A stretch of DNA of 64,000 bases from an uncultured bacterium (GCA_963749445.1 CAVVMJ010000010.1:43913-107912); one strand, 5' to 3'; shown: positions 10,379 through 20,786, counted from the first letter of the stretch. The notes: a model not told the origin generated them from the sequence alone. Translations and numbers: made by a program.

Positions 10379-11518
10379 ATGCTATCAAAATCCCCATCTG
10401 AACAAACTTTAACAGCCAGGCGCAAGCCACTGCCGACCCACGGCTTTTTACTGATTTTACTGATAATCTTTGTTGCCTTCAAGCTTGTATTGGCACTGGC
10501 GCTACCGCAAAGCGCGGTTTTTGCCTCTGACCTTACCATAGACAACATCCTTTCGGCTGTAAATAGCCAACGGAGCCAGCGCAACCTTGTTACGCTCAAC
10601 ACGGACAGCCGCTTAAGCAGCGCCGCGCAAAGCAAAGCCGACGATATGCAGGCGCGACACTATTTCGCGCACGTTGATCCGGACGGCAATTATATTTGGC
10701 CAAAAATCGTGGCCGCCGGTTACACGCCTTATTTGGAACTCGGGGAAAACTTGGCCATTGAATTTTACGATACAGATAGTTTGATATCCGCCTGGATGAA
10801 CAGCCCAACGCACCGCGCCAACATTTTAAACGACGGTTTCCAGGACCAGGGCATGGGTCTGGACTTTGGCGACGCTAATAGCGGCCAATACCATTCGGTG
10901 GTGGCCAATACCTTTGGAACGCTGCTGTTGGCAAAAAAAGTAGAGGCCGCACCTCAGACGACCAAGTTTACCCCGACTACAGCGTCGGGGCCGGCCGTGT
11001 CCGGCGCCAGCGAAAAAACCCCGACGCAAACGGCTCCAAAAAATACTGCCCAACCCAAACCCAAGGCCCCGCCTACCGCCCCGCCCGCTGCCGCCCAACC
11101 GGAGCCAGAGGCAACTTCGGCTCCAGCCACAACCACGGCACAAAATAATCCCGCCCCTGCTCCGGAACCTGTTGCTAATCCGGTTAATCCCCGCGGCGAT
11201 TATGCCATGGGCCTGAGCCCAAGCCAACCCGAAGCCAGTACGGCCCAAGCGCAAACTTCCCAACCGGTTTCGTCATCTTCACCCCCCGCCCTGACCACGG
11301 CGCCGGCCATAGTGAACACCGAATCCCAAAACCCGCTGGCAAACTTCCAAACCAACCGCTATTTTACGTTGGCCTTTGGCATCGTCTTATTTTTATTTTT
11401 ACTCACCGACCTGCGCGGCATAATGAAACAAAAATCCGAACTCGTCGGCAAAAAAATCAACAACCTGACGCTCCTGTTTTTGGCTTTGGTCGTGATTGCG
11501 ATGATGTACTGGCTGTAA
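10379..11518 (+). CDS. CAP/SCP domain protein with Pro/Ala linker and C-terminal TM helices
   Basis: YFAH, GENLA, WMNSPTHRANIL motifs. Confidence 0.9.
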   Translation: MLSKSPSEQTLTARRKPLPTHGFLLILLIIFVAFKLVLALALPQSAVFASDLTIDNILSAVNSQRSQRNLVTLNTDSRLSSAAQSKADDMQARHYFAHVDPDGNYIWPKIVAAGYTPYLELGENLAIEFYDTDSLISAWMNSPTHRANILNDGFQDQGMGLDFGDANSGQYHSVVANTFGTLLLAKKVEAAPQTTKFTPTTASGPAVSGASEKTPTQTAPKNTAQPKPKAPPTAPPAAAQPEPEATSAPATTTAQNNPAPAPEPVANPVNPRGDYAMGLSPSQPEASTAQAQTSQPVSSSSPPALTTAPAIVNTESQNPLANFQTNRYFTLAFGIVLFLFLLTDLRGIMKQKSELVGKKINNLTLLFLALVVIAMMYWL

Positions 11519-11576
11519 TGACCAATAAAAAAATTGAAAGATTGAAAATTGAAAGATTATGGGACTTTACGAATCC

Positions 11577-12564
11577 TTAAATCTTTAAATCATTCAATCT
11601 CTCAATTGGACTTATCATCGCATAATTGCACCCGTCCAGAATCCGCGCGCGGAAGTTGGTTACGGAAATCACCATGGCCGCAACCAAAACACTAATCAAT
11701 AAAATCTCAATAAAACTTTGGCGGGTCAAAGCGCCGTCCAGCCGATAATGGAACACGCCCCAGAACAGGTTGTAAGCCGCGGTCATAAAAATAGCGCCTG
11801 TAAAATAATTGTAGCCCCAGCGCACGTACACCAATTGGCCGATTATGGCCATTAATACGGCAATAATCAGCGCCGAAGCGATAGTGTAAAAATTCACCCG
11901 GCGGTGCTGGTAAAGCGCCTGGTAAATCAACAGAAAAGTAAAACACAACACTTCAACGCTGAAATACCAGGCCGGCAGGCAATTATAGCGGAGCCAGGAC
12001 AAAGCGGCCGCGTAAAGTACGCCGACCGCGTAAATTTTGACCACGGTTAAAACCACAAAAATGTCGCGGTCCACGATTTCCCTGCGCCGGTAAAAAATTT
12101 CCTTTAAGTACCAATAATAAAGTAATTAGCGCCGCGGATGACAAAAGCAGGACGGTCTGCTGGATTTTGACAAAACCGAAATTGACGTAAAACAGGGACA
12201 CCGTGGCCCAAAAAATAAATCCGGGCAAAAGCAAAAAATGCAGCCATTGCCGAACGTATGACCAGCGGCGCAGGTGCTCAAAGCGATCCCAAAAAGCGGA
12301 AAAAATTATTTGCCCGTTGCGGTGCAACCTGGAAATTGTGTTTTGGTGCTTGCGTTTGGCCCGCTGCCAGCTGCCGCGCTTTTTAAAATGCAAATCAAAG
12401 AAAAAAACAATATTAAAAATCAAGTATACAAATATCCAAAAAGCCACATTCAAATAAGTGGCCGGCTGGTTAAGATTTAAAATGTAAACCAGCGCTTCAA
12501 AACCACCCAGCACGGCCAGGGCGATGACAAAAAGGGCAACGGTTTTTTGGGTTTTTTGGGTCAT
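11577..12564 (-). CDS. polytopic membrane protein, split by a 1-nt frameshift near 12120
   Basis: ORFs 11983-12564 and 11577-12074 join if one T is removed (LITYYWYLKEIF). Confidence 0.7.
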
Positions 12565-12640
12565 GATAGCGATCCTAATCTACGAATAACATCCGAATTA
12601 TCCGATTCGCAAAAGTCCCCGGGATTCGGAACATTCGGAT

Positions 12641-13372
12641 TTAATTCGTAACATTCGGATCGGATAATGCTTTGCGCCGCATCAGCTCTCCCGCTCGGAA
12701 AAGTGATTCAAAAGTGCCGGCGTCTATCCATTCCCCTGTTACCAAATCTACTTTCAGCTCGTCTTTTTTTAAATACCAATTGTGGATTTCGGTAATTTCC
12801 AACTCGCCGCGCTCCGAAGGCTTAGCCTGTTTGGCCGCCTCGGCTACGCGGTTGTCAAACAAGTAAAGCCCCGTAATGGCGAAATCCGACAAATATTTTT
12901 TTGGTTTTTCCTCAATTTTTACGGCATTCATTTTGCCGTCAAATTTGACCACGCCAAAACGCTGCGGGTCCGGAACTTTTTTGGCGAATATGTGGCCGCC
13001 GCTTTTAAACTTGCGGATGGTGGCCGAAAAATCGTCTTCAAAAATATTGTCCCCCAAAATCATACAAACGTTGTCGCTGCCAATGAAGTCTTTACCGATA
13101 ATAAACGCGTGCGCCAGGCCTTCGGGCTTGTCCTGGATTTCGTAAGCGATGCGGCAGCCAAATTCCCGGCCCGATCCTAGCAACTTCATATAATCGCCGG
13201 CGTGGTCCGGCGCGATTATGACCAAAATATCCTTAATACCGGCCTGCAGCAGCGTTTGCAGCGGATACAAAATCATCGGCTTGTCGTAAACCGGCAGTAG
13301 CTGTTTGGAAGTGACTTTGGTCAGCGGGTGCAGGCGCGTGCCTGTCCCGCCAGAAAGAATAATGCCTTTCAT
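12641..13372 (-). CDS. rmlA: glucose-1-phosphate thymidylyltransferase (short form)
   Basis: MKGIILSGGTGTRLHPLT..SKQLLPVYDKPMI, RGELEIT, WIDAGT. Confidence 0.92.
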   Translation of the reverse strand: MKGIILSGGTGTRLHPLTKVTSKQLLPVYDKPMILYPLQTLLQAGIKDILVIIAPDHAGDYMKLLGSGREFGCRIAYEIQDKPEGLAHAFIIGKDFIGSDNVCMILGDNIFEDDFSATIRKFKSGGHIFAKKVPDPQRFGVVKFDGKMNAVKIEEKPKKYLSDFAITGLYLFDNRVAEAAKQAKPSERGELEITEIHNWYLKKDELKVDLVTGEWIDAGTFESLFRAGELMRRKALSDPNVTN

Positions 13373-13407
13373 ATCAACTTTATTTAATAATATGCGTTGC
13401 CGCAAAC

Positions 13408-13767
13408 CTATCTGCCCATTTCCCAAATGCTGATTAATATCCCGACAAAACATAATAACAAGAATAGCCAAATGAATGGCTTAAGGATCTTGCGCGCGGT
13501 AGTTTCTTTAACTTTTGAAACCGTGTGCTGCCGTAAGCCATCCTTCAAAATCTCCCGGGTCTGGTCAATAAATTGTTTTTTGACATATACACCCCAAGTC
13601 TCAAAGGGCAATACCGCATTGCCCCGGACTACGGACAAAGCTTCGGTTGCGTCATCTTGCTTTATAAGGGCATCGATGTTGGCCTGCTTAAGCAAAGCTT
13701 GCGCTATCTGAGCTTCGGGTCGACCAGTTGCCATAACTAAACAATATTGGGAAAAATCAATTGCCAT
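13408..13767 (-). CDS. hypothetical protein, DUF2007-like, with C-terminal TM helix
   Basis: EAQIAQALLKQANI pattern; overlaps the rmlD stop. Confidence 0.6.
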   Translation of the reverse strand: MAIDFSQYCLVMATGRPEAQIAQALLKQANIDALIKQDDATEALSVVRGNAVLPFETWGVYVKKQFIDQTREILKDGLRQHTVSKVKETTARKILKPFIWLFLLLCFVGILISIWEMGR

Positions 13768-14605
13768 ATTTGTCTGTTAAAAATTCTTTTAACGCCGCCT
13801 GCCATGGACGAAGTGGCGGCAGTTTGGTATTTAACAAAACCGCTTTTTTCGGCCGTTTGGCCTGACGTAAAAAGTCCGCAGACTTCACCGGAATCAAATT
13901 GATTTTTTTGCCCGCGATGTTAAAAATTTCTTTGGCAAAATCATACCAAGAAGCCTGCCCGCTGTTGATAATATGGTAAATGCCGTAAGGCAGCTTTTTG
14001 GTAATCAAACTTTCCACCGCTTTGGCCAAGTCAGCAACATAAGTCAAACTGTTGATTTCGTCATTTACCGCCTTAATTGTAGCAGTTTTTTCCGAAAGAC
14101 CCAACATCACATCTATAAAACTCTTTTCGCGATACTTGCTTTCCGCCTCCTGGCCGAACAAAACCGAAGTCCTGATAAGATAATACCTCAGACAGTTAGC
14201 CTGCAATAATTTCTCCCCTTCGTATTTGGACTTCGCATATACTGATATCGGATTGGGCTTGTCGGACTCTCGGTATTCGCCTTTGACTCCGTCAAACACA
14301 TAATTCGTGGAAAAATGCACCAACGGGATGCTGAATTTTTTGCAAGTCTTGGCAATATTGCCCACAGCTGCGGCGTTTATTGAAAAAGCCTGGTCCTTTT
14401 CTTTTTCCGCTCCGTCAACGTTATTATAGGCCGCGCAATTAATCAAGGCCGCGGGTTTTTGCCCGAGCGCCGCGATTTTATTTTCCAAATCTTCAGCGTT
14501 GACAATATCAATTTCCTGCCTGTCCCAACCCAAAGCGCGCGAAAAAGTTCTTTTCAATTCTCCTCCCAACATTCCCTGCGACCCTAAAATCAATATCGTG
14601 CCCAT
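13757..14605 (-). CDS. rmlD: dTDP-4-dehydrorhamnose reductase
   Basis: GSQGMLG, INCAAYNNVD, STNYVFDG, YAKSK. Confidence 0.93.
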   Translation of the reverse strand: MGTILILGSQGMLGGELKRTFSRALGWDRQEIDIVNAEDLENKIAALGQKPAALINCAAYNNVDGAEKEKDQAFSINAAAVGNIAKTCKKFSIPLVHFSTNYVFDGVKGEYRESDKPNPISVYAKSKYEGEKLLQANCLRYYLIRTSVLFGQEAESKYREKSFIDVMLGLSEKTATIKAVNDEINSLTYVADLAKAVESLITKKLPYGIYHIINSGQASWYDFAKEIFNIAGKKINLIPVKSADFLRQAKRPKKAVLLNTKLPPLRPWQAALKEFLTDKYGN

Positions 14606-14613
14606 AAAAGCCT

Positions 14614-14649
14614 GTCTAATATCAATTCTGGCCAGAATTGATATTAGAC
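14614..14649. repeat. 36-bp perfect palindrome abutting the stop codon of the PaaX-like gene
   Basis: GTCTAATATCAATTCTGG|CCAGAATTGATATTAGAC. Confidence 0.95.
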
Positions 14650-15182
14650 TAGATAAAATTAAACTTTTTCCTTAAATCTTTATCACTGTCCATTTCTTCA
14701 ACTTTCAAAATTCGGATAAAAAGCAGCAGGCCTGTTTCTCTCAAATACATAATCGCCTCTCGGTTTAAAGGATACGGGCTGACATAAACGCTGTGCTGCA
14801 ATTTCTTAAAACCGTTTTTCTTGAGAAGGCTTCGAAAAAAATTGCGTTTATCTTCACTTTCTTCGGGAATATCAAACATTATTATTCGCCATTTGCCATC
14901 CCATTTTTTTGGCCGTTCCGGTAATCGAGCTTTTGACAACAATGCTTCAAGCTCGCCTTTTGCTGTCAGTCTTATAAAACGTTCATTATCTTTATTTACA
15001 TATTTAATCCAGCCTTTCGCCGCCAAATAACTGACAATTTTATAAAAATTTTTGTTGTCACCCAGCGGCTGCCCCTTATATAACCGCTTGCGCATTTCGT
15101 GGGGAGTAACCAAAAATGTATCCCCCGCAACCAGCAGGGACATCAATATTTTGCTAGTTAAAGTAAAATCTTTTTTTGCCAT
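14649..15182 (-). CDS. PaaX-like protein (winged-helix N-terminus + Cas2-like C-terminal domain)
   Basis: IRLTAKG wing; KWDGKWRIIMFDIPE..R..FR..L...GF.KLQHSVYVSPY. Confidence 0.85.
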   Translation of the reverse strand: MAKKDFTLTSKILMSLLVAGDTFLVTPHEMRKRLYKGQPLGDNKNFYKIVSYLAAKGWIKYVNKDNERFIRLTAKGELEALLSKARLPERPKKWDGKWRIIMFDIPEESEDKRNFFRSLLKKNGFKKLQHSVYVSPYPLNREAIMYLRETGLLLFIRILKVEEMDSDKDLRKKFNFI

Positions 15183-15183
15183 T

Positions 15184-15219
15184 GTCTAATATAGTTTCCG
15201 GCCATAAATGATGTTAGAT
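15184..15219. repeat. 36-bp imperfect palindrome next to the start codon of the PaaX-like gene
   Basis: GTCTAATATAGTTTCCGG|CCATAAATGATGTTAGAT; contains the rmlB stop codon. Confidence 0.85.
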
Positions 15220-16227
15220 AAGATTTTTGCCGTATTGCTGCTTGTAATATTTCTGGTAATCCCCGCTCTTTACTCTTTTCCACCAACCCCGGTTGCTCTG
15301 ATACCAGTCCAAAGTTTTTTGCAAAGATTCGTCCAATCCGTATTTAGGCTGCCAGCCGAGCTCGCGGGTAATTTTGGAATGATCCAACGCGTACTTTTGA
15401 TCATGGCCCGGACGGTCGGCAACGAATTCTATCATTCCATCACTCTGCTTCATCATGACCAATAATTTCCTGATGATTTCCAAATTGCTGAATTCCGGAT
15501 TGTTAGGCCCGATAAAATAAGTCTCTCCCGCTTTGCCTTTTTCTAATATTGTTTCTATGCCGCTGCAGTGGTCTTCCACATAAAGCCATTCACGGATTTG
15601 GTTGCCGGGTTTATAAACCGGAACTTTTTTGCCTTCCAATAAATTGGTAATGGCCAGCGGGATTAGCTTTTCCGGAAACATATACGGGCCGATGTTATTG
15701 GCGCAATTGGAGATGGTTATAGGCAAACCATAGGTGTAATAATAAGCGCGGACAAGATGATCACTGGCCGCTTTGCTTGCCGAATACGGGCTGCGCGGAT
15801 TGTACGGACTCTCCTCTGTCCACTTTGTTTTGGAATCAAGGGGCAGCGATCCAAATACTTCATCAGTAGATACATGATGGAAGCGCTTTACCTGATATTT
15901 GCGGGCGGCTTTAAGCAACTCATGCGTACCAATAACATTTGTCCGGATAAAATCATCAGGGCCGGATATTGAACGGTCAACGTGCGTTTCGGCTGCAAAA
16001 TGGACAACAACCTCAACGCCCTGCATCGCCTTATTGACAGCCGCGGGGTCGCAAATGTCGCCTTTGATAAAAGTTATCTTATCCTTAACCGCAGCCAAAT
16101 TTTCCAAATTGCCGGCATAGGTTAATTTATCCAGCACGACAATTTTGTCGTCCGGATGATTCTTGACCCAATAATGGACAAAGTTGGAGCCAATAAACCC
16201 CGCCCCGCCGGTAATAAGAATCTTCAT
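15214..16227 (-). CDS. rmlB: dTDP-glucose 4,6-dehydratase
   Basis: TGGAGFIGSNF, DKLTYAGN, HFAAETHVDRSI, STDEVFG, YSASK. Confidence 0.96.
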   Translation of the reverse strand: MKILITGGAGFIGSNFVHYWVKNHPDDKIVVLDKLTYAGNLENLAAVKDKITFIKGDICDPAAVNKAMQGVEVVVHFAAETHVDRSISGPDDFIRTNVIGTHELLKAARKYQVKRFHHVSTDEVFGSLPLDSKTKWTEESPYNPRSPYSASKAASDHLVRAYYYTYGLPITISNCANNIGPYMFPEKLIPLAITNLLEGKKVPVYKPGNQIREWLYVEDHCSGIETILEKGKAGETYFIGPNNPEFSNLEIIRKLLVMMKQSDGMIEFVADRPGHDQKYALDHSKITRELGWQPKYGLDESLQKTLDWYQSNRGWWKRVKSGDYQKYYKQQYGKNLI

Positions 16228-16228
16228 T

Positions 16229-16762
16229 TTATAAATTCTTTAATAGCTTAAAATAATACAAAGCCACCATAACCCAACCGTCGTGAATTTTGCCGCTTTT
16301 AATCATTTTGTCAATTTCTCCCAAGGTAAAACCTTTCATATATATGTCGGCTTCTCCGGATTCCAACTCAGGTTCACCAAATTTTAGCTTTTCGGCAAGA
16401 TAAATTTCCGTCAATTGGTTGTTTGAGCCATTTGAAGGGTTAAATTCCCCCAAATGAACCCATTTGGCCGCGGTAATCCCCGTCTCTTCCTTTAGCTCTT
16501 TTTTAGCCTGCACCAGGAAATTTTTGTTTTCCGCTCCTCCGGCGGGAAACTCCCAACTGCGTTTTTGGACAGGATATCGAAATTGATTAACCAAATAAAA
16601 TTTCTTTCCGTCAAAAGGAACAATCAGGACGCTGGGTTTCTTTTTTAACCAAAAATAAACTCCGTGGGCGCCGTCGGGTTTAATCACTTTGTCTTCATAG
16701 ACTGCGAATTTATAGCATTCATAAACTTTTTTACTGCTGATTTTTTTCCAGGATTTTTTCAT
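16229..16762 (-). CDS. NUDIX hydrolase (ADP-ribose pyrophosphatase-like)
   Basis: QFRYP..WEFPAG..AKKELKEETG. Confidence 0.9.
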   Translation of the reverse strand: MKKSWKKISSKKVYECYKFAVYEDKVIKPDGAHGVYFWLKKKPSVLIVPFDGKKFYLVNQFRYPVQKRSWEFPAGGAENKNFLVQAKKELKEETGITAAKWVHLGEFNPSNGSNNQLTEIYLAEKLKFGEPELESGEADIYMKGFTLGEIDKMIKSGKIHDGWVMVALYYFKLLKNL

Positions 16763-17822
16763 GGCTGCTTTAGCTGCCCCGCGGTTAAAGTCAAAGTCAT
16801 CTGGCTTTTGCCGCGAATGATTTTAACACTGATGTTATCCCCCGGCTTGGCTCCGGCCAAGGCCGCTTCCAAAGAATTATTGTCGTTGATGTCGGTTTGC
16901 CCCCAGGTCTGGATTACGTCATTTATCATAAATCCCGCTTTTTGCGCCGGCTGCCCCGAAGTGATGCTGACGACTTTCGCACCAGCAGCCGAACCCAAAG
17001 CCTGGCCCTCAGCCGGGCTCACCATCTTGTAGGAAAACCAAATTCGGGGCGAATAACTTGCCCTTGGTTATTCAAATACAAATTGTCTAAATTCTTAATT
17101 ACGTCAATGGAAACAATGTGCCCCGCATCCCACAAACCCAAAACCGCGCCGTTGGTATCGGCAACCGCGGTTCCCGGGAGCAAAGTGTCGCGATCCTGTA
17201 TGGTAAAAGTCCGACTCGGCATATCGGCGTTTTTTTCGCTCCAGCCTCCTTGCGTCTGGCTAATAAAACTGGCCTCAAACACAGCGGAAAAATTAGTCAG
17301 CTGCGGCGTGGCCAAAATAACCCGTTGTCCCGCGCTTGCGTCTTTGGAGCTCGCAAAATCCGCCACCGGCAAATTCTGCAAATCGGCTTTCAAAATCACC
17401 AAATCCGTCGCGTTATCCGGGGTTAATTTTACCACCGGAGCCAGAGTGCCGTCATCTAATTTTATTTTCAGATTGGATAATTTTTGGCCATCCACAGCGG
17501 ATTTTACGGTGACAAACAGCCCGTCGGAAGTTAAATTCAAAGCTCCGCCCAAAACCGTCACCTGGCCGCCGTTGTCGGATACCAGCAAACTTAACTTCGG
17601 ACGGATGGCGGCCAAAGCTTGCTGGACGTCGCCGCTGTCGCTAACTCGGACTTCCTCGCGGGTATTGATAACTATCGGCGCCTGCGGACTGACCAGCTTA
17701 TAACGGCTCAACAGAGGCAAAGTGGAAACTTTAGCAGTTAGCCAGCGGCCGAATAAGATGCTAAATAACTGCGACAATATGATAGCGGCTATGAGTACAA
17801 AGAAAACTCGCCTTTTATTCAT
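16759..17822 (-). CDS. HtrA/DegP-like protein with PDZ domain and degenerate active site; frameshift near 17035
   Basis: trypsin-like LTSDGLFVT, TDLVILK; PDZ QPAQKAGF..NDVI; the frames join by adding one T in a T4 run. Confidence 0.75.
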
Positions 17823-17828
17823 AAAAAT

Positions 17829-18629
17829 CTAGGTTAAAATCTTCCACGGGGTGGCTAAAGCAACAATAGTAATCGCCAACGCGACCAAAACTAAGTGAAA
17901 TTGGATTTTTTTGACGGTTAAAGTCTGGAACAAATGGTAGTAGTTTAAAATCAGGCAAAAATAAAACAGGCAAAGCAGTATCAGTCCCTGGGCCGAATAA
18001 TGAAGCGGCAAAAAACTTTCCGCCCAAAACAGCTCGGCGGAAAACAGGCTCAATGCCAGGGCCGCCACCCACTTGGTCTTATCCGGCTGGGGGACAAATT
18101 CGTAAAACGCGCGGCTAAGAAGCAAGGTCACAAAAAATACGCCGAGCAAATAGAGCGGCTGCAGGGAAAACTGCCAGTTGAGCAAATGCCAGCGGCCCAG
18201 ATGCACGGCAATTTGGTGAAAATCCGGAAAAAATTGTCCGGCGGCCGAAAGGCCCAGCAGCAAACCGAAAGCAATCAGCAGCGTTTCATTAATCACCATA
18301 TTTTCCGTGAAATTGCCCAAATTGACTTCCGCCAAAAAAATCACCACAGCCGCGCTGGCCAAAAACCAACCGCGGAACACGGGCGTGGGCAGCATAAAAA
18401 AAATCGCGAAGCCGCTGAAAAACTGCAGCACTGACCGCGTTAAAATCCAGGGGTTGTATTTTTGGACGGACAATAAATATTTTTTGTTATAGTAAGCCAC
18501 CGCGCCGCAAAACAACAAAAAAACCGGCAGCATGATGCGGAACACAGGCTGCGGATTTGACAAGCGCCAAAGGACTGCGGCATACAGCACCCCAATGACG
18601 GCGGAAATTATTTTATGTTTTTGGAACAT
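17829..18629 (-). CDS. polytopic membrane protein
   Basis: many hydrophobic helices; overlaps lgt. Confidence 0.75.
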   Translation of the reverse strand: MFQKHKIISAVIGVLYAAVLWRLSNPQPVFRIMLPVFLLFCGAVAYYNKKYLLSVQKYNPWILTRSVLQFFSGFAIFFMLPTPVFRGWFLASAAVVIFLAEVNLGNFTENMVINETLLIAFGLLLGLSAAGQFFPDFHQIAVHLGRWHLLNWQFSLQPLYLLGVFFVTLLLSRAFYEFVPQPDKTKWVAALALSLFSAELFWAESFLPLHYSAQGLILLCLFYFCLILNYYHLFQTLTVKKIQFHLVLVALAITIVALATPWKILT

Positions 18630-19482
18630 TGCGGTAAAGATATATCAAAACGCAAAAACTTATTGCGGCCAGGAGCAAACTGACCAGAGCGTTAAGTCGG
18701 AAAGCCCCAATAAAAGTACTGTCAATTCTTAAAAACTCCAAACAAAATCTCAGTAAATTATACAATAAAAAATAAGAAAAAGCAACGAGCCCCGCTTTTT
18801 GTTTCTTGCCGATTTTGAGCAAAAAAATCAGGATAAAAGTATTGCCCACGACTTCATACAAAAACCAAGGGTGAAAAAAATTATAATTGACAAAAATTTC
18901 CGGACGGAATTGCAATGGCACAAACATTTTCCAGGGCAGGTTCGTTGGATAACCGAATGCTTCGTAATTAAACAGGTTGCCAAAACGGCCGATAATTTGG
19001 CCTAGCAAAACACACGGCGCGAGCCAGTCTAAAAGAGGGCTAAGGGCTAAGGGTTTAGGGCTAAGTCTCCGATAAATTTCTAATATCAAAATGCCGCCGA
19101 GGACAGCGCCGTAAATGGACAAGCCGCCGTTCCAGACTTTAAAAATATCGATCGGATATAGCCGGTAATACCCAATGGACGAAAGCACGTGATATAATCT
19201 GGCCCCGATGAAACCGCCAATAATCACCCAAAATAAAATATCCTCGGCTTGCTTTGGGGTTATCCCAAAAGTCGATGATCTTTTCATCGCGAGATAAAAG
19301 CCGGCCGCCGCCGCAGCTGCCATTATAAGCCCGTAATAATGAATGGTAACCAACCCGATACGGAAGTATTGGGGAAGAATTATACGACCAGAAAAGACGC
19401 GTTGCAAAAAGAAAACCAAGGCTATCAAACTCGCGCCAACTAGCCTAATAATGACCTTCCTCGATTTTGAGGCAAGAAGCAT
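18613..19482 (-). CDS. lgt: prolipoprotein diacylglyceryl transferase
   Basis: HYYGL, IGARLYHV, GGLSIYG, IGRFGNLFNYE, HPWFLYE, EFLR. Confidence 0.95.
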   Translation of the reverse strand: MLLASKSRKVIIRLVGASLIALVFFLQRVFSGRIILPQYFRIGLVTIHYYGLIMAAAAAAGFYLAMKRSSTFGITPKQAEDILFWVIIGGFIGARLYHVLSSIGYYRLYPIDIFKVWNGGLSIYGAVLGGILILEIYRRLSPKPLALSPLLDWLAPCVLLGQIIGRFGNLFNYEAFGYPTNLPWKMFVPLQFRPEIFVNYNFFHPWFLYEVVGNTFILIFLLKIGKKQKAGLVAFSYFLLYNLLRFCLEFLRIDSTFIGAFRLNALVSLLLAAISFCVLIYLYRNVPKT

Positions 19483-19528
19483 GAAGTAAGAGTCAAGGAA
19501 CTTAATTCTTAACTCTTGATTCTTGCCT

Positions 19529-20110
19529 CTAGAACAATGCCGCCTGATGCTTCACTCCCACCCGCGGCGCGGCGTCCGCGATTTTCAGCGGTATTTCTTT
19601 GGTCTTAAAAAAATCTTTATACAGCAGCTTTTGGTTTTTTAACGCGTAATCGTAAATTTGTTTGGTGATTTTTACGTCGTCGGTGCAATATTTTTTAAGC
19701 AAATCCATTCTTCCGTTTTTGTAATACAAAAGCGCCTCCAGCCCGCTGCCGGACTTGCCGCTGCCCAGCGTACCCTGGGCCACCAGTTCCAATTTTATCC
19801 GGTGGTGCAAAACCTTTTCAATTTCCGCGAGCAAATCCAAATACGGAACCTCGTCTATATTAAAATTTAAATAAGGTTTTAAAACCTCAAAATCAAAATC
19901 TTTTATGTTATAACCGATAATCTGGTCTGCGGTCTGTAAAATCGGCGCCAGCCTATTAAGCTCGTGCTCTTCGTAAGCTGTATATTTGTCGGTGCTGTAA
20001 TCGTAAATTACGCAAACACTCACCTTTAACAAATGGTTCTTCCCCCGCCCCCCTACATCCTGGAAAGATTTCTGGGTTTCAAGATCTAATACAATCTTTT
20101 TTAAAAACAT
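19529..20110 (-). CDS. YprB-like RNase H-fold exonuclease domain protein
   Basis: VLDLETQ, IGYNIKDFDF, YCTDDV. Confidence 0.88.
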   Translation of the reverse strand: MFLKKIVLDLETQKSFQDVGGRGKNHLLKVSVCVIYDYSTDKYTAYEEHELNRLAPILQTADQIIGYNIKDFDFEVLKPYLNFNIDEVPYLDLLAEIEKVLHHRIKLELVAQGTLGSGKSGSGLEALLYYKNGRMDLLKKYCTDDVKITKQIYDYALKNQKLLYKDFFKTKEIPLKIADAAPRVGVKHQAALF

Positions 20111-20142
20111 TTTGGTTTTATTGATCAGTTATATATAAGCAA

Positions 20143-20197
20143 TGTAGCGTGCCGATTCATCGGCGTCCGAAAACCGCCCATAAATGGGCACGCTACA
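20143..20197. repeat. GTAG-type REP doublet
   Basis: TGTAGCGTGCCGATTCATCGGC...GCCCATAAATGGGCACGCTACA. Confidence 0.8.
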
Positions 20198-20231
20198 CTT
20201 ATTCATTATATAAAACATTTGTCAAAAAGAC

Positions 20232-20780
20232 AAAAAAAGCTCTCTGCCAGATCAGAGAGCAACGGTACCCGGAAGCCCGCGTGCGGCCCCGGGATTTTTC
20301 TACGATACGCAACCGTTCAAAAACAAACGGCTGGTTCCCGCGGCAGATGCTGGCAACCGCGAAAAATTCATAATTGCGGCCCGGAGCTTTCGCCCCGGAC
20401 TGTGCCCCATGTGGGGCTCCTTCTCCTTGGTATTGTATACCCGCTTGCCAGTTCAGGCGGGGTGATGCAAAAGGGCAGAAGCCCCAACTACGCCCAAAAT
20501 ATCACCGATATTACTGGTTGGGCCTGCCTGATCAAACGCTCCCGGAGCTAAATGGAGTTAAAAAATATCAGGGCAGAAGCGCCTGCAGTCCTCGGCCGTC
20601 AACCGAGTCCTTTGGCGATTTTTTGCCCCTATTTCGTCCAAACCATCAGGGGCCAATGGATTGCACGTTGGGCTATCGGCTCAGCAGGTTGACGGACATC
20701 GTCGCACTCATAGACGAAACTCCCTTCTTCATGTGTTCCAATTGTTTTTCCGCAGGCCTTTTTCCTGCGGCGATTGGTTT
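20232..20780 (-). ncRNA. candidate large structured non-coding RNA (~545 nt), family unknown
   Basis: consensus promoter upstream, terminator GCTCTCTG..CAGAGAGC-T7 downstream, many hairpins, no minus-strand ORF of 60 aa or more. Confidence 0.55.
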
Positions 20781-20786
20781 AACCAG

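Noticed and set aside
14614-15219. CRISPR array with cas2
   Set aside because: Only two non-identical 36-bp palindromes separated by a whole gene; no spacer series, cas1 or effector genes
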